Assembly (NCBI GenBank): GCA_004764695.1
Contig: SMSO01000019.1
Coordinates: forward strand, 1 to 64,000
DNA: 64,000 bases
Direction: 5' to 3'
Source: Schizochytrium sp. TIO01
Lineage: Eukaryota; Protista; Bigyra: Labyrinthulomycetes
Shown: piece by piece, positions 11,000 to 22,940 of the stretch
How the letters are laid out: each line of letters starts with the position of its first letter
Position numbering within the stretch: position 1 is the stretch's first letter
Program-made: the position numbers and the translations under genes
Notes under the pieces: model-generated
Seen by the model: only the letters and a program-made list of their open reading frames with translations
Told to the model about the DNA's origin: nothing
Databases searched by the model: none

Positions 11000-13250
11000 T
11001 GTTTTAGATTGACACTACTGAGAAGGAAAACTGACACAGTACTACGTCATGACTTCGCAAAACTCAAAGGAACACCTTCATGACAAGACCATGGTGACGT
11101 GCCAGTCAACATAGTGATGTGTCTATGTCACGGAAGGAAGGGGACGAAGCAAGCCTCAAAATGAATTTGCAAGACAATCCGACAAGGTTAGTAAAGCTAT
11201 AGGTCCTCTACCCTCTTATTTGAGTTGAAGCATGTGCCTTTTGAGCAATCGATTATTTATTCTGTGAATATTACAAATCTTGTGTGCATGATAAAGAAAT
11301 GCCTCATATTTCTTTCCCAAGCACGAAAGTATCCGACATGATTGAGAAATTCCAGACCTGTCTTACATAGGTTAATGTGTATAAGTATTTGCTTTAATCT
11401 AGTTTACATTAAGAAAAAATGAAATTTTACACTGTTTTTTAGTTGTGGTGTTCCTTATTATTGAGTTATGCAGGTCAGAAAAGAACATCCTAAATCGGAA
11501 CTGGTGTACCTGTTGTTTATTGTACAGCTTGCAGTTCTGTGCTGGAAGAAAAAGTCACACTTCTTTACTTCAAGATGTTCCTTTGCATGTCCAATTCACA
11601 CCGATATAGTTTGGCTCTCTCCTTCAGAAGATTCTTCCTTTCACAGATGCAAGATGTTCTACGTTCATGATTCATTGAAGCAGCTGTGTATTCCTGAGAA
11701 ACAACAACGAGCTAATTCCCCAAGCTTGAGACAAGAAAGAAAGTTACTGGGTACTACTATTCCTATTGAGTTAACCACCTAGATAGAATATCTAGTGTTA
11801 CAAAGTTGACTATAACGAGAAGTGCGTATAAAAGCAAATGAAGGAACTAGCCAAGCACGGTTGTGCGCATTCTGTTTGGCTGTGTACTCACATGTGTCTC
11901 AACTGCTTTGAAACTGACTCGAACAGCAACCTTAATGTATGTTTGAAGAAAAACACAATCTTCAGTGGGCGCACAACACTACACCATCACAGAGATCTCG
12001 TGGGAGATGCAAACCGCTTAACACTTTCGTTGACACTCTAAGCACATGTTGATTAAATTTGCGTGTTCCCCTCTTGGAGGCATATTGCAAGTTAGCGTGA
12101 GGCGATCACCAAGAGATAGCGTAGGTAGAGAAATGAAGGAAAAGAAAAGTTAGAATTAATATTCAGGAACTGCTGACAAGGCCCATTGTCAAAGTCTATA
12201 GGCTTTGGTCTTGTCTTCGGCACATTGAGATGATCCGTTCGACACATAACTGTAAAACTTCGATAAGGCATAATTAAGTAGAGTCAATAGTTTCTTTCAA
12301 CAGATGAATCAGAATGTAGTAATTTTAAATTCATCATTGTAGAATATGTCTTTGAACACTGCTAAAGCTTATCATGCGAGATTCTATTAAGTCAAGTAGC
12401 CAGATTAAAATATGCAGTTCATGGGGCGCAGCAAAATTTATATCATCTGTGCTGAGATTACCAATCAAAGAGTTCTGTGGAGAAGAGTCATTGTCACACT
12501 ATTAAAAGTCCTCGTAGTCTAGGACTTGAAAGAATATGACTATCAGATACGAAGGAGTGAGACCAAGGAAATTCATAAGTGAATGTGAAATACACAACCA
12601 AAGACTTGTGTTGAACAAACGAGCTAGCCTAACCCCTTGAGCTCTGAGTTTTAACAGTCTTAGTCTCATACTCAGGGTATGAACTGTCCCACTTGTTCAA
12701 TATCTTTACGCAGCAGCAGCTAATCATTTACTAGGACAGTAAATCCTTGAATGCACAAAACTCTTGAAGTTTTGGTGCTGAGTGTTCATCTCCAAGGTTT
12801 GAAATCGCTAACTGTGTACGCCGAAGCATAAAAAGATGCCTCCATCTTCCTATATAACCTCTGGCTGCTTAGAGATCATTTTTAATAGCCTCCTCCTATA
12901 GCGATTATGCATTTACTTTGTAGCTTCTGTGGTATCCACAATTCTATCATTGTCTCGCAATCTCAGATTGATGGAGTAAACTAATTCCCTTATCACTCTG
13001 TGTGTTCTTGCAATGCTCTCTTCTACAAAATCTTTGAAGAACAACTTAAAGAGGCGATCAGGAAGGCAATGTTTTGCCTTTGGAGGTTCGTTGAGTCAAC
13101 TTTGTTCTGAGAGTTTAAGATGTGGAAATTGAATGTTTTCCTTGAGAAGAGTCCATGCTTCGAATAGTAAATCTGGATGCAGGGCATATCAAGATTAAAG
13201 AATTTCGAGGATTACATAACTGATGGTTTCATTCCAGCTTTCAAAAGTTG
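11000..13250 (-). pseudogene. Possible decayed coding sequence of unknown family (paralog ~47600-49750)
   Basis: Minus-strand translation gives protein-like stretches broken by stops and frameshifts (e.g. PDLLFEAWTLLK, ESIARTHRVIRELVYSINLRLRDNDRIVDTTE, RLLKLRAQGVRLARLFNTSLWLCISHSLMNFLGLTPSYL). No recognisable motif. Confidence 0.3.
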
Positions 13251-14070
13251 TCTGGAGTGCAAAGGCATGCGTTCAGGGTCTAACCTTTACGATTGATTTG
13301 TTGTGTAATATTAAATAGTGACCAAGATAAAGCGAATCTCTTTATTACCCAGGTTGTCATAGGTCCGGAGAAAGGTTGTGTCTGTAAAATTACTCTTGCT
13401 CCTGCCTTTGATGGAGTTCTTTTGCAAATTGGAAAAGCCCAGCACCTCGCAACCGTAATATCATGGTGTTATATGTTTGATAGGACTGTACAATAAGAAG
13501 TTGCGTATTACAGGCCCTCTGATGCTAGGACTGTGCAGAATTTAAATTACAAGGAGGTGGGGGAAATCGTCAGGTTAAGGGTTTCAGTGCTGTTAGAAGA
13601 ACTTCATTTTGGCTTTTGATGAAAACATAAAGAAGTAGTTGCTTTCTAAAATGAGTACTACTGAGGACTGCCAAAGAGATTTAAATAAAAAGAATTTTTG
13701 AGTTTATAATATATAGTTTCTGATATTTTGCGGTGTTGCTGAATGAACTATCGACGGAACGGAGAGAGTAAAACTAAGAAAAATTTTGTACCCCATAATA
13801 AAGTAAATATGTTCCTTGGCCTGGAAAAATAAAGTTAAGAAAGAATATATATCATGAGTCAAATGTTAACAAACCATTACTCTGGTCTAGTTTATGTTAA
13901 ATTTATGTTAAGTTTTAGTACTTCCCCTCACGAAGAACCTTGCATGAATACACATTATAAATTTTGATCCTGTTGGCAGACGTCGGTACTATCTGGAAAA
14001 GAGCAATTAATTTCTTGCCTTCTAGTCAACGGCGCTTAAGCAAAAGCTAATCATTAAAGATTCGATTAGT

Positions 14071-16759
14071 TTATTCCAATTTAAAATTTGCGCCAACAAT
14101 ATCTGGTGTTAGCAAAGGTGATAATAAGTCTTTCAGAACGAGTCGAAGATTTCTATCCTGAGTTCTTGCATTCCAGTACTCACGCAGACGTTCTGCGCGG
14201 AGCAACTGCCACGCCTCACGAACCTGCTCAAATGAATCAGCGAAATGTAGATCTTGCCCAAGTCTTCTTGAACAGGTTCTCACATGAGCATGACAAGCAT
14301 CTGCATCCTGAGAACTATAGCCAAGACACCAAGCGCAGAAGTGATGACCACAAGCACGATTAATACACTCTACAGCACAGCAATCCTCGAAATCGTCCAC
14401 ATAAGCGTTACAATTCGGACAACATGTGCTCAAGATCTTCTCTTGAATATGAAGTAAATGCCGCTGTGCGTCACTGTTTTGTTCATCTGTACGTAAAACT
14501 TGTGCTATGCGCCTTTGAATCTCTTTCTCCGCCCAAACTGCTGCTTCGTTTTCTGCCTTCATCTTCGCAATCAACAAAAGATGATTCAAAGCTGTTGGTG
14601 CAAGACGGGTAATTTCTTGACCTGATATCCTTCCACTACATTCAGGTTTCATGCATGCCATCGTCCCATCAGCATCTACTATTACGTTAGCAAGTGGCCG
14701 TGCCGCCTTTTCTACTGCAAGTTCGATACAGCCTCTGCAAAGGAAGTCCCCCTCCTCGCAGCTCGTGCCCTCGGAAAGAAGATGCTCCTCCATGCATACT
14801 AGACATATCTTGACAGGGATCTGAGGAGCTCCAAAAGCTTCATGTTGGAGTGCTTGACGCGCGGTTGGACGTTGACCAGGGTCTGTTGCTGTAAGAGCAT
14901 CGATAAGTTTCTGCATTGCAGCGGTTCGCTCAGTAGGATACAGCTCCTTTAAGCTTATGCCTACAGAGTACATGTCCATCGCTGTTTCAAACCTATCTAC
15001 AGGCCCATTCTGCAACTCGGGGGCAACGTACCGTGGCGTTGCCTGAAGTGACGTGTAAGTTGCAGTGTAGTCTGCATTCTTGATGCCGTCAAAGTCGCCG
15101 ATCAATGGTGTCCCGTTGCTTGTGAGAAAAATGTTTTCTGGTTTGATGTCACAATGCACAATGCCGTGGGTATGTAAATCCGCCACACCGATAAGCAGGC
15201 CAACAGCAAGTCGATCACGCGCTGCTTTGCCTTCGTTAGGATGACTCTCAATCCACTTGGCAAGGTCACCTTGCTCGTAAAAAGGCATGACGATACAGCC
15301 ACGCGGTACTCCATGTGCCAGATCAACAAAAGCACCATTGATACGTATCACGTGCTGAGACACCACTTTGCCCAGATTGGCAACTTGTCTGTAGAAGGTT
15401 TTGGATTGACTTGAATGTCCAAGCTGAAACTCTTTGAGAACCATAGTTTTACCATCTCCATCAAACACTTTCTGGACTCTCTTGCCAACTCTGGAAGCAA
15501 GGGGCTCGCCGAGAGGCTTGAAGTCCGCGACTGTGACATTCGTCAACCAAAGGTCAGAACATGCTACTTCAAAGACACCCTCTGCACTTACGTGAAGCCT
15601 TTCCAGCCAGGCGCTATCTTGCAGTAACTCTGGATAATGCTTCTGTGCATGTTGCAGAGTTTCAGCAAGCTTATGACGAAAAGCTTTGCTAAGCTCGATA
15701 GGGTTGCCTTCAGAAAGAACGAGCTTTTGTTTCTTGATACGATTTCGAAAATATTCTTGATCTTTCTCATCCAAGTCCTCTGCTTCGAGTACTTCTCTAG
15801 ATCTCTTTAAACTCTCTGTCGCTTTTCTCGAATTGCCAAGTTTTTGGTATAATGCTTCCACATCTGAGACAGAAGGTTCTTTCAAACCCAGTACTGCATA
15901 GTCATATAGTTCGAAGAGCTCTTTTGGTGTGCACTTGCTCGCATCATTCAACGCAGAGCTTTCAGAGTATCCTTCAAATCGAGCAAATGTTGAACTTATC
16001 GCGCAAAGTATTTTGGACAAGTGGGCACGAAGCGTATCTCCTTGTAGCGCTTCAATCTCTTCTTGAAAAGCACGTTCAAGTTCAGACAACTCAGGCTCTA
16101 GCTCCGTGGCCTGCTCAGGTGTCTTCAGTGCAACCAATAATCCATCACCAAGCTCTAGCTCAGTCAGACGCCCGATGACACGTTTTACAGCTTCTTGGCT
16201 TCGTTCGCCAATGTCGTTTGCTCGGGGTTCTCCACTCCTTTTGTACCCTTCCACGAATTTGACAGCCTGAACAGCAAGTTCTTGGCAATATATGAAGTCA
16301 TTTGTGCTTGTCTCTTCATCGACTGGTGCAAGGTTGATCTTTAGATCGTTTACCAAACTTTCGACTCTCAATTTGAATTCTCGCACTGCACTCTCATCAC
16401 TTTCGCAAAAGTTGCCGCGAACCCATGGGTGCACAACCTGCAAAAGTGAATGCAGGTGCCTCCGTTCGGCGTTTCGCTTTTCGATGAGGCTGGGCAAGCC
16501 ATTTGCAGAGCTTGCACGAATCTGGTCTTGTAGCGCGTCAAGACACTGTTTGGAGTTCTTGATGTCAGCGAAAACCTGTCGCAACTTCACTTGGCCAAAG
16601 TAGCCCTGGATCGCCGGTTGAACAAATTCCTCAAGCAAGGCAATCCCAGTCTGCAGCGAGTTTCCTCTGACCCCGCCTTGGTCCGCGCGCAAGTCCGAGA
16701 CTTTCTTGGCAAGCTGCACCACATCAGCGAAACTCACGCTCGCTCCATCCGGCCGTTCT
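14071..16759 (-). CDS. Terminal exon of gene A: helical region, Ser/Thr-type kinase domain, RING1, Rcat/IBR-like domain
   Basis: MVLK, HCDIKPEN, DFDG, YVAPE, DMYSVG, RPTA kinase motifs; CLVC..C...CRGC..CMKPEC RING; CPNC..DCCAVEC....CGHHFCAWC. Confidence 0.9.
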
Positions 16760-19700
16760 CTGAGGCGAACAAGAAGACGTAAGCAAACGAATAAAATAAT
16801 GTTGAAGCAGCAACAAAAGCAGAAGCAAAAGTTAGGATCCCCTATATTTCAATAACACAATTCGAATAATTACACGATCCCAAACAAAGACTGACCGCAC
16901 GAACTTACCCAGATCCAGCCGAACCACGAGGCTCCGTAGGAAGCCCGGCGCCATCAACGCCATCTTGCTCGTTTTGGGGCCCTGCAGAAGGCTCTCTTTC
17001 TGCCACCTCTAGGGAAACACAGGACTCGGTAATGTCCTCTCCAGGAGAACACACCTTCTCGAACAATTCTTTAGGGGTCAAAGAACTCCAATCATAGAAA
17101 CTGCGGCGTTTTGTAAACGAATGAACGAAAGAAAGATAATGAAAGAGCTTGTTAGAAAAGCGATGAACGCATCTAGAGACGCCCTCGCAAGTCCACGGAG
17201 ACATGGAGAGAACAATAGAAGGCAAGGCTCTGTGCAAGCTGAGGACAGCAGCAGAGGGAACGGAACTTACATGATTCGAACAGAAGGACATGCTTTATGC
17301 AGAGACTTTGCGACGGCCTTTGCGCCCTCATCGCCAATGTTGTTGCTATGAAGACTGTGAGTATAAATGAATAAGTTTGTTTTGTTCATTCGTTGTCAGG
17401 AAAGACAGCTCCAGTCAGTTGATCCTGTTTTGTTTTCTTTTTCCTCACAATAAAAAGCAACTGCTGCTGCCTATCAAATTATATAGATTTCCTTTTGCAC
17501 TTCCTTCTTCTCTTTGTAAATAAGAAAAGACTTCTTTGCCTTTCTAAAGTACACAACTACGTAAACTACGCAGGTGGTGTACCAGCAGTGCTTTCGATTT
17601 GATTCCTTTCCCCTACTACAAACAAACACCAAGCACTCAAAAGAAAGAAAGAAAAAGCTTGGTCGTGCCTATTACGATAGCTTTCCCTCGTGGATGACTC
17701 CACAAACGTACTTTAAAGTTTGAAGGTTCTTGCATCCCTCGAGTGCCTTTGCGACGGCCTTTGCGCCCTCATCGCCAATCTTGTTCTTCTGAAGACTGTG
17801 AGTATAAATGAATAAGTTTGTTTTGTTCATTCGTTGTCAGGAAAGACAGGTCCAGTCAGTTGATCCTGTTTTGTTTTCTTTTTCCTCACAAGAAAAGGCA
17901 ATCACCTCTTCTTCTGCTGCTGCTGCTGCCTATCAAATTATATACATTTCCTTCTTCTCTTTGTAAAAAAGAGAAGACTTCTTTGCCTTTCTAAAGTACA
18001 CAACTACGTAAACTACGTAGGTAGTGTACCAGCAGTGCTTTCGTTTTGATTCCTTTTCCCTACTACAAACACCACTAAAAGAAAGAAAGAAAGAAAGAAA
18101 GAAAGAGGTTGGTCCTGCCTATTACGATAGCTTTCCCTCGTGGATGATTCCACAAACGTACTCTAAAGTTTGAAGGTTCTTGCATCCCTCGAGTGCCTTT
18201 GCGACGGCATTTGCGCCCTCCTCGCCAATCCTGTTGTTCTGAAGACTGTGAGTATAAATGAATAAGTTTGTTTTGTTCATTCGTTGTCAGGAAAGACAGG
18301 TCCAGTCAGTTGATCCTGTTTTGTTTTCTTTTTCCTCACAATAAAAAGCAATCACTTCTTCTTCTGCTGCTGCTGCCTATCAAATTATATACATTTTCTT
18401 TTGCACTTCCTTCTTCTCTTTGTAAATAAGAAAAGACTTCTTTGCCTTTCTAAAGTACCCAACTACGTAAACTACTTAGGTAGTGTACCAGCAGTACTAC
18501 AAACACCAAGCACTCAAAAGAAAGAAAGAAAAAGCTTGGTCCTGCCTATTACGATAGCTTTCCCTCGTGGATGATTCCATAAACGTACTCTAAAGTTTGA
18601 AGGTTCTTGCATCCCTCGAGTGCCTTTGCGACGGCCTTTGCGCTCTCCGAGCCAATCTTGTTGCTACGAAGACTGTGAGTATAAATGAATAAGTTTGTTT
18701 TGTTCATTCGTTGTCAGGAAAGACAGCTCCAGTCAGTTGATCCTGTTTTGTTTTCTTTTTCCTCACAAGAAAAGGCAATCACCTCTTCTTCTGCTGCTGC
18801 TGCTGCCTATCAAATTATATACATTTCCTTCTTCTCTTTGTAAAAAAGAGAAGACTTCTTTGCCTTTCTGAAGTACCCAACTACGTAAACTACGTAGGTA
18901 GTGTACCAGCAGTGCTTTCGATTTGATTCCTTTCCCCTACTACAAACACCAAGCACTCAAAAGAAAGAAAGAAAGAGCTTGGTCGTGCCTTTTACGATAG
19001 TTTTTCCTCGTGGATGATTCCACAAACGTACTTTAAAGTTTGAAGGTTCTTGCATCCCTCGAGTGCCTTTGCGACGGCCTTTGCGCCCTCATCGCCAATC
19101 TTGTTCTGCCAAAGACTGTGAGTATAAATGAATAAGTTTGTTTTGTTCATTCGTTGTCAGGAAAGACAGGTCCAGTCAGTTGATCCTCTTTTGTTTTATT
19201 TTTCCTCATAAAAAGCAATCACCTCTTCTTCTTCTGCTGCTGCCTATCAAATTATATAGATTTCCTTCTTCTCTTTGTAAATAAGAAAAGACTTCTTTGC
19301 CTTTCTGAAGTACCCAACTACGTAAACTACGTAGGTAGTGTACCAGCAGTGCTTTCGTTTTGATTCCTTTCCCCTACTACAACCACCAACCGCTAAAAAG
19401 AAAGAAAGAAAAAGCTTGGTCGTGCCTATTACGATAGCTTTCCCTCGTGGATGATTCCACAAACGTACCACAAAGTTTGAAGGTTCTTGCATCCCTCGAG
19501 TGCCTTTGCGACGGCCTTTGCGCCCTCATCGCCAATGTTGTTGCTATGAAGACTGTGAGTATAAATGAATAAGTTTGTTTTGTTCATTCGTTGTCAGGAA
19601 AGACAGCTCCAGTCAGTTGATCTTGTTTTGTTTTATTTTTCCTCACAAGAAAAAGCAATCACCTCTTCTTCTGCTGCTGCTGCCTATCAAATTATATAGA

Positions 19701-21557
19701 TTTCCTTTTGTCCTTTCTTCTTCTCTTTGTAAAAAAGAAAAGACTTCTTTGCCTTTCTAAAGTACACAACTACGTAAACTACGCAGGTGGTGTACCAGCA
19801 GTGCTTTCGATTTGATTCCTTTCCCCTACTACAAACACCAAGCACTCAAAAGAAAGAAAGAAAAAGCTTGGTCGTGCCTATTGCGATAGCTTTCCCTCGT
19901 GGATGATTCCACAAACGTACTTCAGCTGAGTCAGGTTCTTGCATCCCTCGAGTGCCTTTGCGACGGCCTTTGCGCCCTCATCGCCAATCTTGTTGCTACG
20001 AAGACTGTGAGTATAAATGAATAAGTTTGTTTTGTTCATTCGTTGTCAGGAAAGACAGCTCCAGTCAGTTGATCCTGTTTTGTTTTCTTTTTCCTTACAA
20101 TAAAAAGCAATCACCTCTTCTTCGGCTGCTGCCTATCAAATTATATAGATTTCCTTTTGCCCTTCCGTCTTCTCTTGTAAAAAAGAAAAGACTTCTTTGC
20201 CTTTCTAAAGTACACAACTACGTAAATTACGTAGGTAGTGTACCAGCAGTGCTTTCGATTTGATTCCTTTCCCCTACTACAAACAAACACCAAGCACTCA
20301 AAAGAAAGAAAGAAAAAGCTTGGTCGTGCCTATTGCGATAGCTTTCCCTCGTGGATGATTCCACAAACGTACTCTAAAGTTTGAAGGTTCTTGCATCCCT
20401 CGAGTGCCTTTGCGATGGCCTTTGCGCCCTCCGAGCCAATGTTGTTGTTCTCAAGACTGTGAGTATAAATGAATAAGTTTGTTTTGTTCATTCGTTGTCA
20501 GGAAAGACAGGTCCAGTCAGTTGATCCTGTTTTGTTCTCTTTTTCCTTACAAGAAAAGGCAATCACTTCTTCTTCTGCTGCTGCTGCCTATCAAATTATA
20601 TACATTTCCTTTTGCCTTTCCTTCTTCTCTTTGTAAAAAAGAAAAGACTTCTTTGCCTTTCTGAAGTACCCAACTACGTAAGCTACTTAGGTAGTGTACC
20701 AGCAGTGCTTTCGTTTTGATTCCTTTCCCCTACTACAAACAAACACCAAGCACTCAAAAGAAAGAAAGAAAGAGCTTGGTCGTGCCTTTTACGATAGTTT
20801 TCCCTCGTGGATGATTCCACAAACGTACTCTAAAGTTTGAAGGTTCTTGCATCCCTCGAGTGCCTTTGCGATGGCCTTTGCGCCCTCCGAGCCAATGTTG
20901 TTGTTCTCAAGACTGTGAGTATAAATGAATAAGTTTGTTTTGTTCATTCGTTGTCAGGAAAGACAGGTCCAGTCAGTTGATCCTGTTTTGTTTTCTTTTT
21001 CCTCACAATAAAAAGCAACTGCTGCTGCCTATCAAATTATATAGATTTCCTTTTGCACTTCCTTCTTCTCTTTGTAAATAAGAAAAGACTTCTTTGCCTT
21101 TCTGAAGTACCCCACTACGTAAACTATGTAGGTATTGTACCAGCAGTGCTTTCGTTTTGATTCCTTTTCCCTACTACAAACACCACTAAAAGAAAGTAAG
21201 AAAGCAAAAGCTTGCTCCTGCCTATTACGATAGCTTTCCCTCGTGGATGATTCCACAAACGTACTCTAAAGTTTGAAGGTTCTCGCATCCCTCGAGTGCC
21301 TCTGCGACGGCCTTTGCGCCCTCATCGCCAATCTTGTTATAATAAAGACTGTGTTTGTTTGTTTGTTGGTGAACAAGTGAGAGTAAGTATATGCCATTTC
21401 CAACTTCTTCATTAGTGCACAAAACTATTCTTCTTACTACTACAAGACATCGACGACGCGATGCCTCCTTCTTCTGTCTCCTCCTTTCCCCATCGTGCAC
21501 TTACTTTATCTCCGTGGTGGCTTTTGTGATGTCCTCAATACTCTTTGCCGTAGTCAT
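14071..21557 (-). CDS. Gene A: spliced LRR(10)-helical-atypical protein kinase-RING1/Rcat (RBR-like E3) protein, ~1257 aa, 13 exons
   Basis: Exons (minus): 21505-21557 (MTTAKSIEDITKATTEI); 84-nt LRR exons 21265-21348, 20829-20912, 20373-20456, 19921-20004, 19469-19552, 19032-19115, 18589-18672, 18162-18245, 17712-17795; cap exon 17271-17354; linker 16909-17100; terminal 14071-16759. All introns GT-AG and phase 2; joined length 3774 nt with no internal stop. Confidence 0.85.
17271..21360 (-). repeat. Tandem exon-intron array A, 10 LRR exons, period 427-456 bp
   Basis: Near-identical units with acceptor ACTCACAG, donor GTACGT and internal (CAG)n and (CTTT)n microsatellites. Confidence 0.95.
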
Positions 21558-22821
21558 CGTATTGCAGCAGTGAGTGTCACCTTTGATGGATGGATTGATC
21601 AATCGCGTTGATTGTCTTTGCTTTGTCTTTGCCTTTGCTTTGCTTTGCTTTGGCGCTCGAAAGAGAGAGGGAGAGAGAGAGAGAGAGGGTAGTTTGGGTC
21701 TTTGCTCGCGCTGCTGATCAGGAACGGAGACTCCTGCTCTCTCTGTCTTCTTCTCCTTCTTCTTCTTCGCAGCAAGGAAGGAGGAATGGGCGGACTCCTC
21801 GCGATGCCTCGCAGACCAAGCCTCGGCCACGAGCAACGAACGCGTGAAGGGGTGTGGCGCGCGAGAGGTCGCGGGGGCGTGGATACCGTGTGTGCGCGCT
21901 GCCTCGTGTTGCGGGTTTGCGAGGATGGCTGGCTTTGGCGAGAGTAGTAGGTTGCTGGGTATGATAGTTGGTTGTATATGTAGCTAAGCGCTGCTAATGT
22001 TTTCGAAGGTCCGTTGAGTCAATTTTTTCCTGAGAGCGCAAGGTGTGAAAATGGATTCTGCTCTTGAAGAAAGACGAGGAGGCGTTGTGCTTCTACCAAG
22101 TCACACACAATGCAGAACGTGGTAGGAAGGTCCCTATCCATTTGTGATCGTGTATGGGTGCTATTGTTTAGGTTTGATAATATATAGCATTGAGTAGGGT
22201 TTTGTGGAGCAAAAGGAGGTCGAGTTTCGATTGTCATGGCGTTTTGTGTAACGAGTAGTAGGCAAGAAGAGGTCCTTGTATCGGGGTCAATTTGACAGAA
22301 GAGCCGAAAACTTATAGTTTTCTTGTTGTCTTTGGTGAGGTCTTGAAGCGACGAAACCTCGTAACTGTGTCATACAAGAAATTAATAAATTGCTGGTCGG
22401 GAGTAGGTTTTTGTCTATCAGATAGTAATAGGTTTGTGATGCGATCTATGATAGATTATCTTGAGCTCGGGCAAGCTTGGGAAAGAATGGAGAGCAAGTT
22501 GTCGATTTTCGAATTTCTATCAAGTTGTTGGATGTTTGCTTCACGGCATCAATGTGAAAAAAACAGAGAGGTGCTTTCAGCGATCAGAGCTACTGGCGGC
22601 TGCGACCAAAGGTGTACCAGTAAGAAGGGAAGGAAAGTTTCAAAAAGTGGAGAATCTTTGACTGAGAGTAGATGCCTAATTTCCTTTTTTATAGTGCTTT
22701 TAATCCTCTTCGGGCAGGTTTACTTTCATGAAATTAATCTTTGATGTGTATAATAATATTGTGATATCAACCGCGGAGTTGCTTTCTTTTAGTGATAGGG
22801 TTAAAAATAAAAGGAGAAAAA

Positions 22822-22940
22822 AACATTCAACACCGGGGCTTCGCATGCAGTCCCCTATCATACTACTGACCCGGCCCTACGCGACTTTACTTCTCAGTGC
22901 GAATGAGATGAGGTGTTACCCGCGTGGTATGATCGAATGT
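22822..22940 (-). rRNA. 5S: 5S rRNA
   Basis: Reverse complement ACATTCGATCATACC...AGTAGTATGATAGGGGACTGCATGCGAAGCCCCGGTGTTGAATGTT, ~119 nt, 5'/3' helix I complementarity, oligo-T terminator, TATA-like element ~25-35 nt upstream. Confidence 0.92.

Noticed and set aside
14071-16737. Treating the 888-aa and 907-aa ORFs as complete single-exon genes
   Set aside because: Both track starts are non-ATG. A conserved acceptor (ttcgcctcag) at 16760 and 53219 joins them in frame to the upstream exons.
15530-16759. NACHT/NB-ARC/ROCO NTPase or MLKL/HeLo-type domain in the helical region
   Set aside because: No Walker A motif is visible and there is no recognisable similarity. These are not canonical NLRs or ROCO proteins.
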